This document shows, piece after piece, positions 1 to 7,591 of a stretch of DNA of 19,084 nt. How positions within the stretch are numbered: the first letter of the stretch is position 1; each line of letters starts with the position of its first letter. The stretch lies in the IMG/VR virus record IMGVR_UViG_2744054976_000008; one strand, written 5' to 3'. The notes under the pieces were generated by a model that had not been told where the DNA came from, ran no database searches, and was given only the letters and a program-made list of their open reading frames with translations. Source of the stretch: a virus (Duplodnaviria > Heunggongvirae > Uroviricota > Caudoviricetes). Both the position numbers and the translations under genes were made by a program.

Positions 1-124
1 TCCGGTATCTGATTATCTCCTGTGCCCACATCCCTTTTCGCCGCTTCTCCCAAACCAACGTTTATGAAAATGTAGAAATAACGAGCAAATGGCATCATCC
101 CTGCTTTTGTCAGGGAGATCTACC

Positions 125-613
125 ATGCTTATTGGCTATGTACGTGTGTCAACAAATGACCAGAACACAGATCTACAACGTAATGCGCTGAACTGTGCAG
201 GATGCGAGCTGATTTTTGAAGACAAGATAAGCGGTACAAAGTCCGAAAGGCCGGGATTGAAAAAACTGCTCAGGACATTATCGGAAGGTGACACTCTGGT
301 TGTCTGGAAGCTGGATCGGCTGGGGCGCAGTATGCGGCATCTTGTCGTGCTGGTGGAGGAGTTGCGCGAACGAGGCATCAACTTTCGTAGTCTGACGGAT
401 TCAATTGATACCAGTACCTCAATGGGACGCTTTTTCTTTCATGTGATGGGTGCCCTGGCTGAAATGGAGCGTGAACTCATTGTCGAGCGGACAAAAGCTG
501 GACTGAAAGCTGCTCGCGCACAGGGGGGATTGGTGATCACTGCCACAAACTTCTCGCAGATCAAAGGAAGCAGGCAGATGGCTACTTGCTTCAGAGTGCG
601 ATGCTTGATTTGA
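125..613 (+). pseudogene. Truncated serine recombinase / DNA invertase (Hin/Gin/Pin family) lacking the C-terminal HTH domain
   Basis: Track ORF 89..613; internal ATG at 125 is preceded by GGGAG. N-terminus MLIGYVRVSTNDQ carries the resolvase/invertase catalytic-serine motif and the conserved core runs to ...ERTKAGLKAARAQG. The protein then diverges and stops at ~160 aa with no recognisable helix-turn-helix in any forward frame. Confidence 0.7.
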
Positions 614-695
614 TGTAAGAATGTTAATGTTTAATAATTAATAGATTATGATGTGAATTTTGAATTGAATTTAAATATTAAAATGTAATGAGAGG

Positions 696-727
696 CCTGT
701 ACGCCCAATTAATAATGGGCGTACAGG
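696..727. terminator. Bidirectional stem-loop terminator between convergent genes
   Basis: Perfect 12-bp inverted repeat CCTGTACGCCCA / TGGGCGTACAGG around an 8-nt loop, with T-rich flanks on both strands, lying between the invertase stop (613) and the autotransporter stop (744). Confidence 0.6.
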
Positions 728-743
728 GTAACATTATTGAATA

Positions 744-2945
744 TTAAAAGAGGACTCGAACACCAGCTTTTACGTTGAATGGAACCTCGATGTTTGAACC
801 TTTAGAGTAACCAAGCTCAGAATAAAAAGATGCATTTTTGCCCATCTTAGCATCAAGGCCTAAACTATAATTCCCGATGGTTCCCGAGTTATCATTGTTA
901 ATTTTTACACTGTCATTGATCTTAATATAGTTGTCATCAATGAATTCGTGTTCAAGTGATACTTTTAAGTATGGAGTAATATTAGTGTTTTGCCAAACAT
1001 TTAAGTTTGTCCCTAATTTAACCCCGGCTTCTCCTTTCAATGATCTGTCATTGCCCAAATCAGCCTTCATTCCATTGCTAATCTTAACTTCTTCATTGTT
1101 GGCCATGAAGTATTCTGTTCGTACATATGGAGTAACAAATGAATTATCAAACCAAGTATATTTGCCAAATTCTAATGCAGAACCAAAGCCAGTTTGTTTA
1201 AAATTAGCAGTAGCAATGTCGGACGAATCAATGATAATCTCCGTAGTGTTATCAAATCGGTTTCCTTTGATTAATCCATCAATGTAGAATCCGTTTTTGT
1301 GGATATAGGAACCGTATAAACCAACTGAGTAACTGTCAACATCAGAACGAGTCCCAGATTTTTCTTTTATTTTGTTTTGGGTAATACCAGCGGAGATACC
1401 AAAACTAAAATCGCCATGTTCTTTTGAAATGGTTTTGCCTAATCCATACTCAAAACCATTTTGTGTAAGTTTATATGGTTCATTCACACCATTATTAACA
1501 CGATAATCAGAGCTGATAAATCTTCCCCAAAGATGATTCCCTTCAATATCGGTCAAACTATTATTCAATCTATCAGAGATAGTATGAAATTCATTTGTAA
1601 ATATTGAAGATGCATAAGATGCCATTGAAAGAACAGTTTTTGCTGAGGATGAAAGTTGATCAGCATGCTGTCTTAAATACCAGTCATCATTATTTTTTTC
1701 TAATGTATAGACATATGAGCCAAGTTCAACTTTGCCACCGTCTAATTTAAAAGCATCAACACTACTATTACCAGCGTGAATCAGATGATATCCATCACTG
1801 CTTTCTTTACCGCTACCATTAATGCTAACTGTGTTGTTATCGCCAGAAAACTCGGAAATATTAAGAAAATCGCCATTCATACCTTCAACTTTCATAAAGA
1901 ACGAGGAGTTATTGGCGTTTAGTTTATTGACGTTCAGAGTTTTAAATTCTTTTAAATTTGTTGATAATTCACCATCAAAAGAAGAACGGAAATAAACAGA
2001 TGAGTTATCCAGTGTCATGTTGCTATTTGTAATATCATTAACAACATAAAGCTTGCTCTGACTAGATAGTGAAATATCTGCATCAGAACCCTCAGCCATA
2101 TAAATTTCAGCACCGTTTTTTAGAGTGGCATAGCCAGTTAAAATTCCAGTTTCACGAACAAAACCTAAACCACCGTCAAAACTTACATTTTCACCAGTTG
2201 CCTCTGGATCTATATCATATTGTCCACCAATGATGGTTGTATCTTTTGCATAGCCGCCAGTATTAATATCTTGACGGCCGCCTTTATTAACTACAACATT
2301 AAAGGCAGAACCATTTACACCAATATTTTGATAACCACCGTCATTGATAATGTCACCAGTAGTGATCCCTCCTTCGGTTACTACTTGTTTACCACCATTA
2401 ATAACGCTATTAGTTGCAGTCCCCCCTCTAACAAAGAACGCCCCATCATTGACAGTAGTGTTGAGGGACTCACCGTTAGCGTAAGTATAAAGACTCCCAC
2501 CACTTTCAATAGTGGTGTTTTCTGACTTTCCACCAGAATTTATATACTGTCGACCACCATTGGCTAATGTGCTATAAGCTGATTTAGCACCATCATTTAC
2601 ACGCTGGATACCCGTTCCAGTTATTTCTGCGGAATAAGATATAGCACCAGTATTTAAGGCCTGAATTCCGTTTATTATTTTGAAATTTTTGATGTCGGCG
2701 TTATTTACAGTGCTTTTACCACCATTAAGAATAATATCAGAAGCTGCTCCTCCAGAGTAAATGTATTGATGCCCGCCAGTAGTAATCATACTATTTGTAA
2801 TATTACCATAAACGGACTGCTTACCATCAATAACCTCATTGCTGACTTCTTTTCCTTTTGCAATATTTTGAGTAAATGATGCGGCTAAAGCTGTTGTTGG
2901 AATTGTAGAAGCTATTAACACAGCAATTGTTTTTTTATTAAGCAT
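744..2945 (-). CDS. Autotransporter (type Va secretion) adhesin-like protein, AIDA/Ag43-like passenger repeats
   Basis: Track ORF 744..2975 begins at a TTG; the likely start is the in-frame ATG at 2945 (MLNKKTIAVLIASTIPTTALA, signal-peptide-like). The passenger has many degenerate ~19-aa Gly/Asn-rich repeats (GGxQYIxSGG..., INGGK...). The C-terminus is beta-barrel-like with alternating aromatic residues and a terminal ...VRVLF. Confidence 0.8.
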   Translation of the reverse strand: MLNKKTIAVLIASTIPTTALAASFTQNIAKGKEVSNEVIDGKQSVYGNITNSMITTGGHQYIYSGGAASDIILNGGKSTVNNADIKNFKIINGIQALNTGAISYSAEITGTGIQRVNDGAKSAYSTLANGGRQYINSGGKSENTTIESGGSLYTYANGESLNTTVNDGAFFVRGGTATNSVINGGKQVVTEGGITTGDIINDGGYQNIGVNGSAFNVVVNKGGRQDINTGGYAKDTTIIGGQYDIDPEATGENVSFDGGLGFVRETGILTGYATLKNGAEIYMAEGSDADISLSSQSKLYVVNDITNSNMTLDNSSVYFRSSFDGELSTNLKEFKTLNVNKLNANNSSFFMKVEGMNGDFLNISEFSGDNNTVSINGSGKESSDGYHLIHAGNSSVDAFKLDGGKVELGSYVYTLEKNNDDWYLRQHADQLSSSAKTVLSMASYASSIFTNEFHTISDRLNNSLTDIEGNHLWGRFISSDYRVNNGVNEPYKLTQNGFEYGLGKTISKEHGDFSFGISAGITQNKIKEKSGTRSDVDSYSVGLYGSYIHKNGFYIDGLIKGNRFDNTTEIIIDSSDIATANFKQTGFGSALEFGKYTWFDNSFVTPYVRTEYFMANNEEVKISNGMKADLGNDRSLKGEAGVKLGTNLNVWQNTNITPYLKVSLEHEFIDDNYIKINDSVKINNDNSGTIGNYSLGLDAKMGKNASFYSELGYSKGSNIEVPFNVKAGVRVLF

Positions 2946-3391
2946 AATGAAACCAGTATATAAAGCGATGAACAACTAATTAATTAATATCTCGGGGCTA
3001 AAGAAATATATTCATGATTAATTGTATTAACAGGTGGTTAGTAGACTTGTCTTTTCCTCCAAAATTACATTTTAAAAACATTTTACTTGTAATTTTTTTT
3101 TGCAACAAATCGGTATAAATTTCACACAATGCTCGAAAAAAATGATAATTACACAGTGTTATAATAAGCATTGTTACCATGTTGTTGATGAAAGACACCT
3201 TAGTTTCATGGCTTATTATTTTAATTTGTATTATTGTGTATGTATGAAAGAAAACACAAGCGCGGATGGGACAAAACTGAGACACAAAAGGCCTCACAAT
3301 GGCTTGCAAGGCTTTACATGTTTTGATGTGGTGGGACGTGTGAGCGCAGTGTTGATGGGGTAATGCTTTGAATTAGAAGCGGATTCTTATA

Positions 3392-3437
3392 ATTCGTAAT
3401 GCGAAGGTCGTAGGTTCGACTCCTATTATCGGCACCA
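3392..3437 (+). tRNA. Partial tRNA-Thr(CGU) gene, 3' 46 nt only (pseudo-tRNA / att remnant, ptwF-like)
   Basis: ATTCGTAATGCGAAGGTCGTAGGTTCGACTCCTATTATCGGCACCA matches the anticodon loop (CGT) through the 3' CCA of E. coli tRNA-Thr (thrW) as recalled from memory. No D-arm or acceptor 5' half is present upstream. Confidence 0.7.
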
Positions 3438-3438
3438 T
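3420..3438 (+). repeat. attL core: 19-bp direct repeat CTCCTATTATCGGCACCAT
   Basis: Identical 19-mer recurs at 16108..16126. This copy is the 3' end of the tRNA-Thr fragment and sits immediately upstream of the integrase gene. Confidence 0.75.
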
Positions 3439-3601
3439 CACCTAGTTTTCCCAAGTCAACCCACATCAACAAAATCATTTAAAAACATATATATTACGTT
3501 GTTTTCATACGTTTGAGGTCAACCCTTGTCTCTTGAAATCAACACGCGGTTGGGGGCACAATCAGGGGCATGTTCTGTTCGGTCTAGGAAATGTGCCCCC
3601 A

Positions 3602-4792
3602 ATGATGCTGAATGCCCGCAAGGTTGAAGCTGCGAAAGGAAAAGAGAAGAGCTACAAGCTGTTTGATGGAGGTGGCCTATACCTTCAGGTCGAACCTAAT
3701 GGCTCGCGTTACTGGCGTATGAAATACCGTTTTGCTGGTAAAGAGAAACGATTGTCCTTTGGTGTTTATCCAACAGTCACACTTGCTGATGCCAGACAAA
3801 AACGAGAAGACGCGAAGAAACTACTCGCAGCAGGTGAAGATCCCGGCGAAGTCAAAAAAGCCAAAAAGCAGGCTTTAAATGCAGCGATTGAGACACTTAA
3901 CCCATTCAGAGAAGTGGCGTTAGAGTGGCACAAAATGAAATCACCCAAATGGTCTGAGGGCTATGCTTCCGACATCATTGAGGCATTCGAGAAAGACATT
4001 TTCCCGCATATTGGGCACAGACCTATAGCTGATATTCAGCCCCTTGAACTGCTTGAAGTTCTGAGGTTGATAGAAACTCGAGGCGCTATGGAGAAAGCGA
4101 AGAAAGTCCGTCAGCGATGCGGTGAAGTTTTTCGCTATGCCATCGTAACGGGTAGGGCAATCTACAATCCGGCACCGGATCTTGCCAGTGCGATGCAAGG
4201 ACATGAAGCAGTCCACTATCCATTCCTCAAAGCCAACGAACTACCGGAGTTCTTTAATGCCCTTAATTCTTATTCAGGAAGTCCAATTGTATTGTTGGGG
4301 GCGCATTTACTTATCCTGACAGGTCTACGAACTGGAGAACTACGAGCAGGTGAGTGGCGAGAGGTGGATTTTGATAATGCGGTGTGGGAGATCCCAAAAG
4401 AACGTATGAAAATGCGTAGGAGCCATATTGTCCCGTTGTCAAAACAAGCATTATCCCATCTCAAAAGTTTGAAAGAACTAACTGGGAACTACCCGCTGAT
4501 GTTCCCTGGACGCAACGATCCTAGCAAATTTATGAGTGAAGCAAGCATTAATCAGGTGTTTAAACGTATTGGATATGCAGGGCGTGTTACGGGGCATGGT
4601 TTCAGGCATACGATGAGTACAATCCTACATGAGAAAGGATTTAACAGCGCTTGGATTGAAACCCAGCTTGCTCATTCGGACAAAAACTCTATTCGTGGAA
4701 TTTATAACCATGCCCAATATCTCGAAGGGAGAAGAGAAATGATGCAATGGTATGCTAATTATTTATCTGAGCTAATTGGTACTCATAAATGA
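3602..4792 (+). CDS. int: Tyrosine-type site-specific integrase (P4-like, with N-terminal arm-binding domain)
   Basis: Track ORF 3533..4792 starts at a TTG; the likely start is ATG 3602 (MMLNARK...). N-terminus KSYKLFDGGGLYLQVEPNGSRYWRMKYRFAGKEKRLSFGVYP resembles the integrase arm-type DNA-binding domain. Catalytic signatures: LTGLRTGELR, HGFRHT and a C-terminal tyrosine region (GIYNHAQY). Confidence 0.9.
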   Translation: MMLNARKVEAAKGKEKSYKLFDGGGLYLQVEPNGSRYWRMKYRFAGKEKRLSFGVYPTVTLADARQKREDAKKLLAAGEDPGEVKKAKKQALNAAIETLNPFREVALEWHKMKSPKWSEGYASDIIEAFEKDIFPHIGHRPIADIQPLELLEVLRLIETRGAMEKAKKVRQRCGEVFRYAIVTGRAIYNPAPDLASAMQGHEAVHYPFLKANELPEFFNALNSYSGSPIVLLGAHLLILTGLRTGELRAGEWREVDFDNAVWEIPKERMKMRRSHIVPLSKQALSHLKSLKELTGNYPLMFPGRNDPSKFMSEASINQVFKRIGYAGRVTGHGFRHTMSTILHEKGFNSAWIETQLAHSDKNSIRGIYNHAQYLEGRREMMQWYANYLSELIGTHK

Positions 4793-5613
4793 ATATTTTA
4801 AAAATTAATAATACTGATTCTCTGCTCAGAGATTACTACCAGTTGGATGAAGCTTCAGAAAAAATTGGTTGTAGTGAAAAGGATATACTCTGGTTTGCCA
4901 GAGAACGAGATGTAGAGCTATGCATGGAATTCCATGATGATGAGTATGATGTTTCATGTGGTTTGAAGATTGATGGTCAAATGGATGAGTTCTTATCTAA
5001 TCTGAAATATTTACCACGAGATAGAAATGGCAATATTATGTTGTCAGACTTAAGTTCTATAAGAATCCCTGATGAAGATAATTTAATTGATAAAAATGGT
5101 TTTATTCGATGTTTCATATCCGGTTTATGGGCTGTTGATTATGAATATAAAGATCTGTTAGTTAAGCATGAGGGGCAACCGGATTCCTGGCCTATTCATT
5201 TTCTACTGGCGGGTACGCCTAATATAAATTGTAAGGTAATTCTTTATGTAAATTATGATGAAAAAGAAAATTATTATCTTTTTGAGGTTTTGTGGATTAC
5301 AAAGGTACAGATTCAAAAATTCATTGATATAGTCTTATGCGAACAAAAGCGGATAAAAAACGCCAATAAATATAAATCACAATCTGAGGCGCAAAAACAA
5401 AAACATGCTGTTCCTCGAGCTGAAATACTCATGGCTATTATTTCGCTCTATCATCGTGATATGAGGCTAAGAAGAGAGAGTCCAGCAGCGATAGCTGATT
5501 ATCTTTTTCAACATGCCAGTGAGTTCTGGCCTAAGACCGGAGAACCGCCTTTGAGCTATGATACTGTTGTTAGTTTGCTACGTAGTTGCATGAAAAACAT
5601 TAAGTTTAACTAA
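4789..5613 (+). CDS. Hypothetical protein (274 aa), AT-rich, translationally coupled to int; possible N-terminal HTH
   Basis: Its ATG overlaps the int stop (ATGA at 4789-4792). The ORF is long, uninterrupted and AT-rich, with no motif I can assign; the N-terminal segment LDEASEKIGCSEKDILWFARE is HTH-like by eye. Confidence 0.6.
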   Translation: MNILKINNTDSLLRDYYQLDEASEKIGCSEKDILWFARERDVELCMEFHDDEYDVSCGLKIDGQMDEFLSNLKYLPRDRNGNIMLSDLSSIRIPDEDNLIDKNGFIRCFISGLWAVDYEYKDLLVKHEGQPDSWPIHFLLAGTPNINCKVILYVNYDEKENYYLFEVLWITKVQIQKFIDIVLCEQKRIKNANKYKSQSEAQKQKHAVPRAEILMAIISLYHRDMRLRRESPAAIADYLFQHASEFWPKTGEPPLSYDTVVSLLRSCMKNIKFN

Positions 5614-5738
5614 ATATTAACAATTATTGTGGCTAATGATTTTGGATTTTTTTCATTAGTCACATTTTTCTCATTTATAACCTATGTTTTAATTTTCCGT
5701 GTTGAAGCCAATAGACTTAGATAAACGGAGAATGATGA

Positions 5739-6029
5739 ATGTTATCTAAACATGATAATACTACTTTGCAACGACCTTCAATGGATTCTCTGATCGATAT
5801 GAAGTTTATTACTTCCGATTGTTTATTAAGTGATAAATGGATTTATCGATTGATTTCTCTGAATCGCTTTCCAAAACCTATAAAAATAGGTCGGATGTCA
5901 CGATGGCGCGCTGCTGATTATTATAAGTGGCGAGATGGGTTTGAAGAAAACTCAGGTCAACATTTTGAGGGAATGAGAAATAAGGCAAGAGCAATTAATA
6001 AAGGGAATAGATTATCACCTACTCCCTAA
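5739..6029 (+). CDS. alpA: AlpA-family phage transcriptional regulator / excisionase-like DNA-binding protein
   Basis: GGAG lies 9 nt upstream of ATG 5739. Core MKFITSDCLLSDKWIYRLISLNRFPKPIKIGRMSRWRAADYYKW resembles AlpA/Xis-type winged-helix proteins (FPKPxKxG...W...W). Confidence 0.7.
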   Translation: MLSKHDNTTLQRPSMDSLIDMKFITSDCLLSDKWIYRLISLNRFPKPIKIGRMSRWRAADYYKWRDGFEENSGQHFEGMRNKARAINKGNRLSPTP

Positions 6030-6061
6030 GCCTTAATTGATAGTTAGTAATATTTAACTGA

Positions 6062-6235
6062 TTAGCCTTTAGGGTCAATCCCGCGTGATTGGAGTTCTTT
6101 GCGTAAAATTCTTTTAATCCAAGTTGCCAACGCGCTATCTCCATCTTTGCGCATTTCGTTTTCGAGTTGCAACCTAAAATCGTCGGTAAGACGCATTTGG
6201 AATGGTGGAGAACGTTTCTCTTGTGGTGTTGACAT
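6062..6235 (-). CDS. Arc/Mnt-like ribbon-helix-helix repressor (58 aa); absent from the ORF track (below its size cutoff)
   Basis: Manual minus-strand translation from ATG 6235..6233 to TAA 6064..6062 gives MSTPQEKRSPPFQMRLTDDFRLQLENEMRKDGDSALATWIKRILRKELQSRGIDPKR. The PPFQMRLTDDFRLQLENEMRKDGDS segment parallels the P22 Arc N-terminal beta-strand and helix A (PQFNLRWPREVLDLVRKVAEENGRS, from memory). Confidence 0.55.
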   Translation of the reverse strand: MSTPQEKRSPPFQMRLTDDFRLQLENEMRKDGDSALATWIKRILRKELQSRGIDPKG

Positions 6236-6275
6236 GGTAATTACCCTAGAATATGATGACTACATGGTAATTACC
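6233..6275. promoter_or_regulatory. Twin operator-like palindromes: two copies of ACATGGTAATTACC, each with a perfect 10-bp palindrome GGTAATTACC, 30 bp apart
   Basis: Direct repeats at 6233-6245 and 6263-6275; GGTAATTACC is self-complementary. The first copy overlaps the start codon of the minus-strand RHH gene. The region is the divergent control region between the RHH gene and the rightward early operon. Confidence 0.55.
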
Positions 6276-6303
6276 ATTGTAAGTATAGTTCGCTTGTAAA
6301 AGC

Positions 6304-6338
6304 AATGCCCGATTGTGCGGGAACACAAATCGGGCATT
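6304..6338. promoter_or_regulatory. Perfect 11-bp inverted repeat AATGCCCGATT / AATCGGGCATT with a 13-nt loop (regulatory hairpin or weak leftward terminator)
   Basis: Seen directly. On the minus strand it is followed by GCTTTTAC; on the plus strand there is no U-tract. It lies at the transition from the AT-rich to the GC-rich part of the element. Confidence 0.35.
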
Positions 6339-6366
6339 TAACCAACCGTTATAAGAGGTAACGAAG

Positions 6367-6543
6367 ATGGCTAAACAGAAGTGTACCTGGTTATTTGCGG
6401 CGATCAACCGCAGTCAACGCAATGCCCGTCCTGTGATGTTAAGGATCACCGCAGATAACGAGCGGTCAGCGCGGCGCAGACTTGCCCCGGACTATGTACT
6501 GAGCTTTGCCGGGCGCATTCCCTGCGGAGGTGAACATGCGTAA
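6367..6543 (+). CDS. Small protein (58 aa), possibly Icd-like host cell-division inhibitor of P4-type elements
   Basis: AAGAGG lies 8 nt upstream of ATG 6367. Translation: MAKQKCTWLFAAINRSQRNARPVMLRITADNERSARRRLAPDYVLSFAGRIPCGGEHA. Its stop overlaps the next gene's start (ATGCGTAA). Not in the ORF track (under 60 aa). The family assignment rests on recollection only. Confidence 0.4.
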   Translation: MAKQKCTWLFAAINRSQRNARPVMLRITADNERSARRRLAPDYVLSFAGRIPCGGEHA

Positions 6544-6895
6544 TTATCCGCACCCCGGCGAACGCTGGCAGCATGAACGTGGCTGGACGGTCACGATTAT
6601 CCGATTAATAGAAGCCTCGCCCTCTGTGGCGCTGGTTAATCCTGAATTCAGCTGTGAAGTGCTGATACGTCATGACAGCGACAACCAGCTTTCTTCCTGC
6701 CCTCTGGCATGGTTTGAACAGCGGTATACGCGCCTGTTTGATGTACCGCTCTTTAAGCCTGCACCAGCTCCTGCAGGCGGTAGTGGTTCCGGCCCGCTGA
6801 CACTGCATCCGTCTGTGCTATTTATCCGCTGGCGGGAGCGTAGCATATGGCGTTCTGCTGAGCCTGACGACGGTCACTATTCAAAGTTTCTCTGA
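6536..6895 (+). CDS. Hypothetical protein of the P4-like early operon (119 aa)
   Basis: Track ORF 6506..6895; the likely start is ATG 6536 with GGAGG 7 nt upstream. Collinear and overlapping with its neighbours. Confidence 0.55.
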   Translation: MRNYPHPGERWQHERGWTVTIIRLIEASPSVALVNPEFSCEVLIRHDSDNQLSSCPLAWFEQRYTRLFDVPLFKPAPAPAGGSGSGPLTLHPSVLFIRWRERSIWRSAEPDDGHYSKFL

Positions 6896-6926
6896 CAAAA
6901 TACCGCTGAAAACGGAGTAATCCACG

Positions 6927-7211
6927 ATGAATATTTCAAACGGGCACAACGGTGCTCAGGGCCACACTTTGCCTGAAAAACACAATACCGGTGCTTTTGC
7001 CTATGGGTTGTCAGAGGACAGTTTCGGAAAGCTGACCCGCGCAAGAAATGCCTGCGACATGCTCCAGCTTCTCTTTTCTGAATACCCGTCTCAGGCCGGA
7101 GCACTGGACGCTGGCTGTGCGCATGGTGTCGCCGCGCTGATGGAGTACCTGCGGGCAGATTTGACGGATATTGCACACAGTTGCGCACTGATTGAAGGAG
7201 GTGCCAGATGA
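6927..7211 (+). CDS. Hypothetical protein of the P4-like early operon (94 aa)
   Basis: Track ORF; GGAG upstream; its stop overlaps the next start (ATGA at 7208-7211). Confidence 0.55.
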   Translation: MNISNGHNGAQGHTLPEKHNTGAFAYGLSEDSFGKLTRARNACDMLQLLFSEYPSQAGALDAGCAHGVAALMEYLRADLTDIAHSCALIEGGAR

Positions 7212-7591
7212 ACCAGCCGCAGGTTTCCATTTTCCCGGCAGAAATGACCACCGCGCTTTACCGGCGAGCTATTGCTTCAGCATGGCGGCAGAAAATGCTG
7301 AACGAAACTGGCAGTGATCAGTATGGTCCGCACAGCCTGACGGTGGAGCGTATTGAAATGGCCATTGCGCTGCATATCGAGTGCGTACTGATTAACGAGT
7401 ACGGCGAAGTGCAGGGCGCCGCTGCCGCGCTGGCACTGCTGACTGACATGCTGGAGCCGTCACTGCTAACCGCACCGCCGGTACTGACCGCGCGCGGCTG
7501 TGAAGTGATGGCGGAGATGTACCGCACGCTTCCGGCGGCCTTTGATGACTTCTGCAGTACCGGTGTGACGTTGTATGAGGGGGAAGTATGA
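7208..7591 (+). CDS. Hypothetical protein of the P4-like early operon (127 aa)
   Basis: Track ORF; GAAGGAGG upstream; ATGA overlap with the primase gene start at 7588. Confidence 0.55.
   Translation: MNQPQVSIFPAEMTTALYRRAIASAWRQKMLNETGSDQYGPHSLTVERIEMAIALHIECVLINEYGEVQGAAAALALLTDMLEPSLLTAPPVLTARGCEVMAEMYRTLPAAFDDFCSTGVTLYEGEV

Noticed and set aside
931-2525. Plus-strand track ORFs 931..1287 and 2220..2525
   Set aside because: They lie entirely antisense within the autotransporter gene and have no start signals or recognisable domains.
2998-3363. Track ORFs 2998..3309 (minus) and 3100..3363 (plus)
   Set aside because: They fall in the AT-rich non-coding region upstream of the autotransporter, with low-complexity translations and no RBS; most likely chance ORFs in promoter DNA.
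3392-3437. An intact, functional tRNA gene
   Set aside because: Only the 3' 46 nt match tRNA-Thr; the upstream sequence cannot form the acceptor stem or D-arm, so this is an attachment-site remnant.
6099-6299. Track ORF 6099..6299 (plus)
   Set aside because: It is antisense to the better-supported Arc-like gene and runs across the palindromic operators.
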